From an uncultured Thioalkalispiraceae bacterium (GTDB taxonomy: Bacteria; Pseudomonadota; Gammaproteobacteria; UBA6429; Thiohalophilaceae): a stretch of 19,508 bases of DNA. Below are positions 14,428-19,508 of this stretch, one piece after another. Made by a program: the position numbers and the translations under genes. Under the pieces are notes generated by a model that had not been told where the DNA came from, made no database searches, and worked only from the letters and a program-made list of their open reading frames with translations. The DNA is taken from NCBI GenBank assembly GCA_964420605.1, contig CAYQUC010000062.1, positions 1-19,508 on the forward strand, in the 5' to 3' direction. Position 1 is the stretch's first letter. Each line of letters opens with the position of its first letter.

Positions 14428-14497
14428 GTTTGGATTCTATCAGATTTTTAGTTATATGGCGTATGAAAATTTTTTGTAAATGCTACGAAGTTTTCAT

Positions 14498-15115
14498 TTA
14501 CGCCAGCTTTAAATATTTTTGGTGAATGATCTTTATTTGAGAAAAACACGAATCGATATCAGCATCGTTTTTAAGTACTTCAGTTGCTTGCTCGAGTCTT
14601 TTTGATTGCTTTATTTGACTCTTTATTATAGCAAGACTTTGTTCGCGAGAAATATTATCGCGTGATATTATTCTTTCTATTTGTACATGTTCACTACAAT
14701 CAACTACCAGTATGCGATCAATTGGATAATGGGATTTAGTTTCTAAAAGTAATGGAATAACGAATATACAATAGGGTGCTTTATTTGTATTTGTTTGATT
14801 ACCTTGCTCTATGGTTGCTAGTTCGTTTAAGGCAGTAATGAGTATTTTTGGATGTAATATAGCCTCGAGCTGCTTGCGTTTAAGTTCTGAAGTAAAGATT
14901 ATTTCACGCAAACAATTACGTTTTAAAATATTGTTAGTATCAACGATATCGTTGCCAAATAATTCGATGATTTCAGCCAAGGCTGGTTGATTGGGTTCAA
15001 CTAATTGTCTTGCGATGATATCAGTATCAATAATTGGAATTCCAAGCTCGTTAAAATAATCCGAAACCATGGATTTACCACAAGCAATCCCCCCTGTTAG
15101 GCCTATTTTTAGCAT
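14498..15115 (-). CDS. coaE: Dephospho-CoA kinase CoaE, 205 aa.
   Basis: P-loop 'GLTGGIACGKS' at the N-terminus. Conserved position downstream of pilD. Confidence 0.9.
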   Translation of the reverse strand: MLKIGLTGGIACGKSMVSDYFNELGIPIIDTDIIARQLVEPNQPALAEIIELFGNDIVDTNNILKRNCLREIIFTSELKRKQLEAILHPKILITALNELATIEQGNQTNTNKAPYCIFVIPLLLETKSHYPIDRILVVDCSEHVQIERIISRDNISREQSLAIIKSQIKQSKRLEQATEVLKNDADIDSCFSQIKIIHQKYLKLA

Positions 15116-15186
15116 GACTTATGATAATGGTTTTATACTAATGATGATAGAGTAGGGGTTAGCCTGTAAATGCAGGTTGAGCTAGC

Positions 15187-16092
15187 TTAAGAAGTCATTC
15201 CAGTATTTTGAAAGTAGAATAATTTTAAATTCTCTCCCCACATTAGAACTATCCAACCCGCAATTGCTAGGTAGGGGCCAAATGGAATGGGTTTGCCTTT
15301 TTCTTGAAGCTTTAAAATGATTAAGGTAATTCCAATGACTGCTCCGGTTAATGATGATATTAATATAATCATTAATAAAGATTGCCAACCAAACCAGGCT
15401 CCTAATAATGCCAGTAATTTAAAGTCACCGTAACCCATGCCTTCTTTGTTGGTTAATAATTTGAAAGCTTGATATAACGACCAAAATACCATGTAACCGG
15501 CAATTGCGCCTAATACTGCATCAAATAGTGGTATCACGTTAAAATAGGCATTAAACAGTAAGCCTAGCCAAAGGAACGGCAGTGTTATCTCGTCAGGTAA
15601 GAATTGATGGTCATAGTCGATCATACTTAAAGTAATTAGTGCCCACGATAGCCCTATCATTGCGACAGTGCTAAAAGTGACACCAAACTTCCACGCGACT
15701 AAAACAGCGATTAGGGCTGAAAGGATTTCAATGAGTGGGTATCGAATTGAAATACGCGCTTTGCAATTACTGCATTTTCCTTTTAGATATAAATAACTTA
15801 GTACTGGAATGTTTTCAATTGCAGGAATTTTATGTCCACAGTGTGGACACGTTGAGCGCGGTATACTGAGATTGAATGTTTCTTGTTTTAACGATTCATT
15901 TTCTTTTTTTAATGAGGGAGAATTGTTTAACTCTTCTAAAAACTCTTCACAATCGGACTGCCAGCCTTTTTTAAGCATGATTGGCAATCTATAAATAACG
16001 ACATTTAGAAAACTGCCTATCAGTAGTCCTAGAATGACAATAAAGGCATAAAAAATCTCGGGTTCATTTTGAAACATCACCAATATTGACAT
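15187..16092 (-). CDS. pilD: Prepilin peptidase / N-methyltransferase PilD (A24 family), 301 aa.
   Basis: Tetracysteine motif CPHCGHKI...CSNCKARI, polytopic membrane profile, and catalytic Asp regions. Located downstream of pilC. Confidence 0.95.
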   Translation of the reverse strand: MSILVMFQNEPEIFYAFIVILGLLIGSFLNVVIYRLPIMLKKGWQSDCEEFLEELNNSPSLKKENESLKQETFNLSIPRSTCPHCGHKIPAIENIPVLSYLYLKGKCSNCKARISIRYPLIEILSALIAVLVAWKFGVTFSTVAMIGLSWALITLSMIDYDHQFLPDEITLPFLWLGLLFNAYFNVIPLFDAVLGAIAGYMVFWSLYQAFKLLTNKEGMGYGDFKLLALLGAWFGWQSLLMIILISSLTGAVIGITLIILKLQEKGKPIPFGPYLAIAGWIVLMWGENLKLFYFQNTGMTS

Positions 16093-16100
16093 AGTGTCGT

Positions 16101-17324
16101 TTAGCCACCACCAACCACTTTACCCATTTGAAAGATAGGCATATACATGGCGATAACCAGTCCACCAATAAGACCACCTAAAAATACCATAATAAATGGC
16201 TCGATTAAGCTACTCATATTATCAACTGCATCATCAACTTCGGCTTCATAGAAATCGGCAACTTTTCCTAGCATGGTATCAATTGAGCCTGATTCTTCAC
16301 CAATGGCGGTCATTTGAACGACCATATTCGGGAATAAGTTAACATTACGCATTGCAATATTAAGCTGAGTACCGGTTGCGACTTCATCTCGAATTTTTCT
16401 AACCCCAGCACCATAGACAACGTTACCTACAGCTCCGGCTACGGAGTCCATGGCTTCAACCAGCGGTACTCCAGCTGCAAACATGGTTGATAATGTTCGG
16501 GCGAAGCGAGCAATAGCCGCTTTTCTGACGATGGCACCTAGAATGGGTAGCTTTAACATGACTTTATCGAGCCCATGATTGAACGCGAGTGATTTCTTTT
16601 TTAACTGTAATACGCCATAAATAGAGCCGCCTATGGCTGCAAACATGATATACCAATAGGATTGGAAAAATTTTGACATTGCTATTACAACTTTAGTTGG
16701 TGCTGGTAAATCGGCACCAAAACCTGCAAAAAGATCTTCAAATTGTGGAATCACTTTAAGCATTAATAATGTTGTTATTAAAAATGCGACGGCGACAACG
16801 GCACCGGGATAAGTCATTGCTTTTTTAATTTTTGCTTTAATCGCTTCAGTTTTTTCTTTATAGGTCGCCACTTTATCTAGAATTGTATCTAAAATACCGG
16901 CATGTTCACCTGCGCGAACTAAGTTACAAAACAGTTCATCAAAATAATAGGGGTGTTTACCAAGAGCGTCTGATAAATTACTGCCGCCTTCAATGTCAGT
17001 TTTTACTTTCATCAGTAAATCTTGCATACCTTTATTTTCATGGCCTTTACCAATAATCTCAAAAGATTGCACTAAAGGTACACCGGCATTCATCATGGTC
17101 GATAATTGTCGTGCAAAAATTGAAATATCGGCTGGTTTTATTCTTGTTTTTCCTCCTAGTAGTGGTTTTGATTTTTTACGGACTTTTGTGGGGTTTATAC
17201 CCTGTCGACGTAAGTTAGCTTTAACCAGTGCGATATTACTGCCAGGTGTTTCGCCCTTAACTTTTTTTCCTTTCCTGTCTTTACCTTCCCAAACGAAGGT
17301 GGCTTGGATTGCTGCTTTTGCCAT
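16101..17324 (-). CDS. pilC: Type IV pilus assembly platform protein PilC (GspF family), 407 aa.
   Basis: Two GspF-type repeats and three TM segments. Positioned between pilB and pilD. Confidence 0.95.
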   Translation of the reverse strand: MAKAAIQATFVWEGKDRKGKKVKGETPGSNIALVKANLRRQGINPTKVRKKSKPLLGGKTRIKPADISIFARQLSTMMNAGVPLVQSFEIIGKGHENKGMQDLLMKVKTDIEGGSNLSDALGKHPYYFDELFCNLVRAGEHAGILDTILDKVATYKEKTEAIKAKIKKAMTYPGAVVAVAFLITTLLMLKVIPQFEDLFAGFGADLPAPTKVVIAMSKFFQSYWYIMFAAIGGSIYGVLQLKKKSLAFNHGLDKVMLKLPILGAIVRKAAIARFARTLSTMFAAGVPLVEAMDSVAGAVGNVVYGAGVRKIRDEVATGTQLNIAMRNVNLFPNMVVQMTAIGEESGSIDTMLGKVADFYEAEVDDAVDNMSSLIEPFIMVFLGGLIGGLVIAMYMPIFQMGKVVGGG

Positions 17325-17410
17325 TTCTGTACACCTATCTCTACACTGTTATCGATAATATCATTATAGCGTTGTTAATATTGCGCATCTAATTGCTATT
17401 CTTTTTTAAT

Positions 17411-19126
17411 TTATTCTTTTGTAACTCGATTGACTTCATCAAGTGTTGTAACACCATCACTGACTTTTTTCAGTCCGGATATTCGTAAATCCGCTATGCC
17501 TTCTTTTAGCGATTGATCGGCTAATTGCATTGAATTTCCGCCTTCCATGATAATTCGCCCCATGTCTTCGGATATGGGCATAACTTGGTAAATACCGACA
17601 CGTCCTTTATAACCGTTAGTACATTGATCACAGCCAATGTTGCCGTAAACACTGAAGCCTTTTTTTACTTGTGCTGGGCTAAAGCCTTCCTCTAATAGCG
17701 CTTCATTAGGGATGTCTAATTTTTTCTTACAATGAACGCAAAGTCGCCTTGCTAGTCGTTGCGCCACTATTAAATTTACTGCAGAAGCAATACTGTAGGC
17801 TGGAATTCCCATATTAACCAAACGTGTTAATGTTTGTGGTGCATCATTGGTATGCAGTGTGGAGAGTACCATATGTCCCGTTTGAGATGCTTTAATGGCG
17901 ATTTCGGCGGTTTCTTTATCTCGTATTTCACCAACTAAGATAATATCGGGATCTTGCCGCAAAAATGCTCGCAATGCACTAGAGAAATCGAGGCCAACCT
18001 TAGTATTTACATTGACTTGATTAATACCTTCCAAGTTTATTTCAACCGGATCTTCCGCCGTTGATATATTTGTATCAGCCACATTTAGTATATTCACGGC
18101 TGTATATAAGGTAACCGTTTTACCACTACCAGTTGGCCCTGTGACCAATACCATACCATAGGGCTTGACAATGGCTTCCATGAACAATTTTTTTTGTTGT
18201 TCTTCAAAACCCAGTTTATCAACCCCTAATTTTGCTGAATTAGGATCTAAGATACGAAGTACAATTTTTTCACCAAAAAGAGTCGGGCAAGTATTAACCC
18301 GAAAATCAATGGAGCGGTTTTTGGAAAGATGCATTTTGATCCGACCATCTTGTGGCACTCGTCGTTCAGAGATATCGAGTCGTGACATAACTTTTAAGCG
18401 AGCCGATAATCGTGGTGCCATCGCGATTGGAGGAGAGGCTACCTCCGATAAAATTCCATCTTGTCTAAAACGGACGCGGTAATTTTTTTCATACGGTTCA
18501 AAGTGAATATCGGAAGCACCCTTATTGATAGCATCCAGTAACACTTTATTGACGAATCGGACAACTGGGGTATCGTCGGCTTCAGATTCACTGACGTCCG
18601 GACCACCATCTTGTGATTCATCTGCAAATTCTACGTCGTCATAATCGCCATCAGCTAAATCAGACAAACTGGTGTCGTTATCTTCCATTGATTTATCAAT
18701 GGTTTTTTTCAGCTTGTCATCTTCAACGAGAATGGCTTCTACTGTCATACCAACATGGAACTTAATTTCGTCGAGTGCTTGTAAATTGATTGGGTCAGAT
18801 ACCGCAACGAATAAACGAGTTCCACGCTTGTAAATGGGTAACACCTGGTGTTGGCGAATGAGTTTTTCTTTTACAATTTTGACAATATCGTGTTCGATAT
18901 CAATAGCCGCTAAATCAAGCAATGGCATTCCAAATTCGTGTGCAGCAGCACTGGCAACTTGAATTCCAGTGGCAATTTTTTTATCCACTAAATAACTTAC
19001 TAGTGGCACTTTATTTTTTAATGAATCCGCATAAGCTTGTTGCGCAATAGTTTCTTGCAAGATACCGTCCTGAACTAGGCGTAGTGCAAGGCCACTTAGT
19101 GGGATTTTTGTACTCGGTGTTGCCAC
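17411..19126 (-). CDS. pilB: Type IV pilus assembly ATPase PilB (GspE family), 571 aa.
   Basis: Walker A 'GPTGSGKT', a tetracysteine motif (CVHC...CDQC), and an N-terminal GspII_E domain. Confidence 0.95.
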   Translation of the reverse strand: MATPSTKIPLSGLALRLVQDGILQETIAQQAYADSLKNKVPLVSYLVDKKIATGIQVASAAAHEFGMPLLDLAAIDIEHDIVKIVKEKLIRQHQVLPIYKRGTRLFVAVSDPINLQALDEIKFHVGMTVEAILVEDDKLKKTIDKSMEDNDTSLSDLADGDYDDVEFADESQDGGPDVSESEADDTPVVRFVNKVLLDAINKGASDIHFEPYEKNYRVRFRQDGILSEVASPPIAMAPRLSARLKVMSRLDISERRVPQDGRIKMHLSKNRSIDFRVNTCPTLFGEKIVLRILDPNSAKLGVDKLGFEEQQKKLFMEAIVKPYGMVLVTGPTGSGKTVTLYTAVNILNVADTNISTAEDPVEINLEGINQVNVNTKVGLDFSSALRAFLRQDPDIILVGEIRDKETAEIAIKASQTGHMVLSTLHTNDAPQTLTRLVNMGIPAYSIASAVNLIVAQRLARRLCVHCKKKLDIPNEALLEEGFSPAQVKKGFSVYGNIGCDQCTNGYKGRVGIYQVMPISEDMGRIIMEGGNSMQLADQSLKEGIADLRISGLKKVSDGVTTLDEVNRVTKE

Positions 19127-19271
19127 TTAATAAACTCCAAAATCTGCTTATACACGATAATCTACAATGATGATGAATTAATGTACAATATTTAATGAAA
19201 TACAAAAAATATAAGAATATTATTCACTTACATTTATTCGTCATATTATAGGCAATAATAACGCTGAAATG

Positions 19272-19285
19272 CACATGTACATGTG
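19272..19285. promoter_or_regulatory. Perfect 14-bp palindrome CACATGTACATGTG ~145 nt upstream of pilB in the pilBCD promoter region. Candidate regulator binding site.
   Basis: Read directly. It lies in the AT-rich region upstream of the minus-strand pilB start. Confidence 0.3.
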
Positions 19286-19365
19286 AACTATTACACAGGA
19301 TAGTATAAATTTTATCGGCAGATATAATGGTATATTTAATGTTAAAAACAGATATCAGATTTTAA

Positions 19366-19508
19366 CTACTTATCTTTGGTGATTGTAAATGTAGTTGGTA
19401 TTTTATTTTTACCTATGGCAGTCATTTTGTAACTAGTTGTTATACCGGCTATACCGGCTACAACAGCGTATGCGCAATTACGCTTATTAGTATCAGGTTC
19501 GGAGGCTC
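19366..19508 (-). CDS. 3' end (last ~47 codons) of a minus-strand gene running off the window edge (...CAYAVVAGIAGITTSYKMTAIGKNKIPTTFTITKDK*). Function unknown.
   Basis: Open minus-strand frame from the window end to a TAG at 19366-19368. It is the only open frame of that length in the region. Confidence 0.3.
   Translation of the reverse strand, partial: ASEPDTNKRNCAYAVVAGIAGITTSYKMTAIGKNKIPTTFTITKDK

Noticed and set aside
15182-19205. ORFs inside or antisense to pilD, pilC and pilB: 15182..15388, 15809..15994, 16993..17358, 18165..18482, 18439..18627, 19011..19205.
   Set aside because: They are embedded in or antisense to unambiguous pil genes and have no independent signals.
1-19508. CRISPR arrays, IS elements / transposases, integrase, and toxin-antitoxin pairs.
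   Set aside because: No regularly spaced repeat-spacer structure, no transposase- or integrase-like ORF, and no paired small ORFs with TA hallmarks were seen. The mobile character is inferred only from the repressor, HNH, tRNA-array and composition signals.

Overview
This is an AT-rich gammaproteobacterial window (roughly 35% GC by eye) with three parts. I could not determine the organism.

**Part 1, positions 1-3400: a phage-like, tRNA-rich segment.** It contains:
- a minus-strand XRE/cI-like HTH repressor;
- a divergent control region with three direct 'CTTGAAAAT' repeats and a sigma70-like promoter driving a 50-aa ORF, followed by a strong intrinsic terminator;
- an array of tRNA genes on the plus strand, interleaved with small ORFs and an HNH endonuclease. 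Asn(GUU) and Gln(UUG) are canonical. Pro(UGG) has co-varying D-loop and T-loop changes. One CAU-type copy does not fold. One is an odd class-I tRNA with a UAA anticodon. One of the small ORFs looks like ArfA and carries an internal 11-bp hairpin near its 3' end.

**Part 2, positions 3500-7250.** A soluble SPFH/band-7 protein with its own terminator, then an apparent operon of a 319-aa unknown protein, a small translationally coupled ORF with a Sec-C-like motif, and a clear RtcB RNA ligase. No rtcA or rtcR is present.

**Part 3, positions 7350-19130: a type IV pilus locus.** A very low-GC block carries two large GT-C membrane glycosyltransferases, both with C-terminal TPR domains, plus a 2-TM membrane protein. 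One glycosyltransferase is Wzy_C/O-antigen-ligase (PglL/TfpO)-like and the other is PMT/TMTC (GT39)-like. The block sits immediately upstream of a sigma54 promoter and two tandem type IVa pilin genes. These are convergent with yacG-zapD-coaE-pilD-pilC-pilB on the minus strand.

The best candidates for undescribed biology are the tRNA-array/ArfA/RtcB neighbourhood (translation damage repair or anti-anticodon-nuclease island) and the dual TPR-glycosyltransferase pilin-modification island. No CRISPR array, IS element or integrase was seen.
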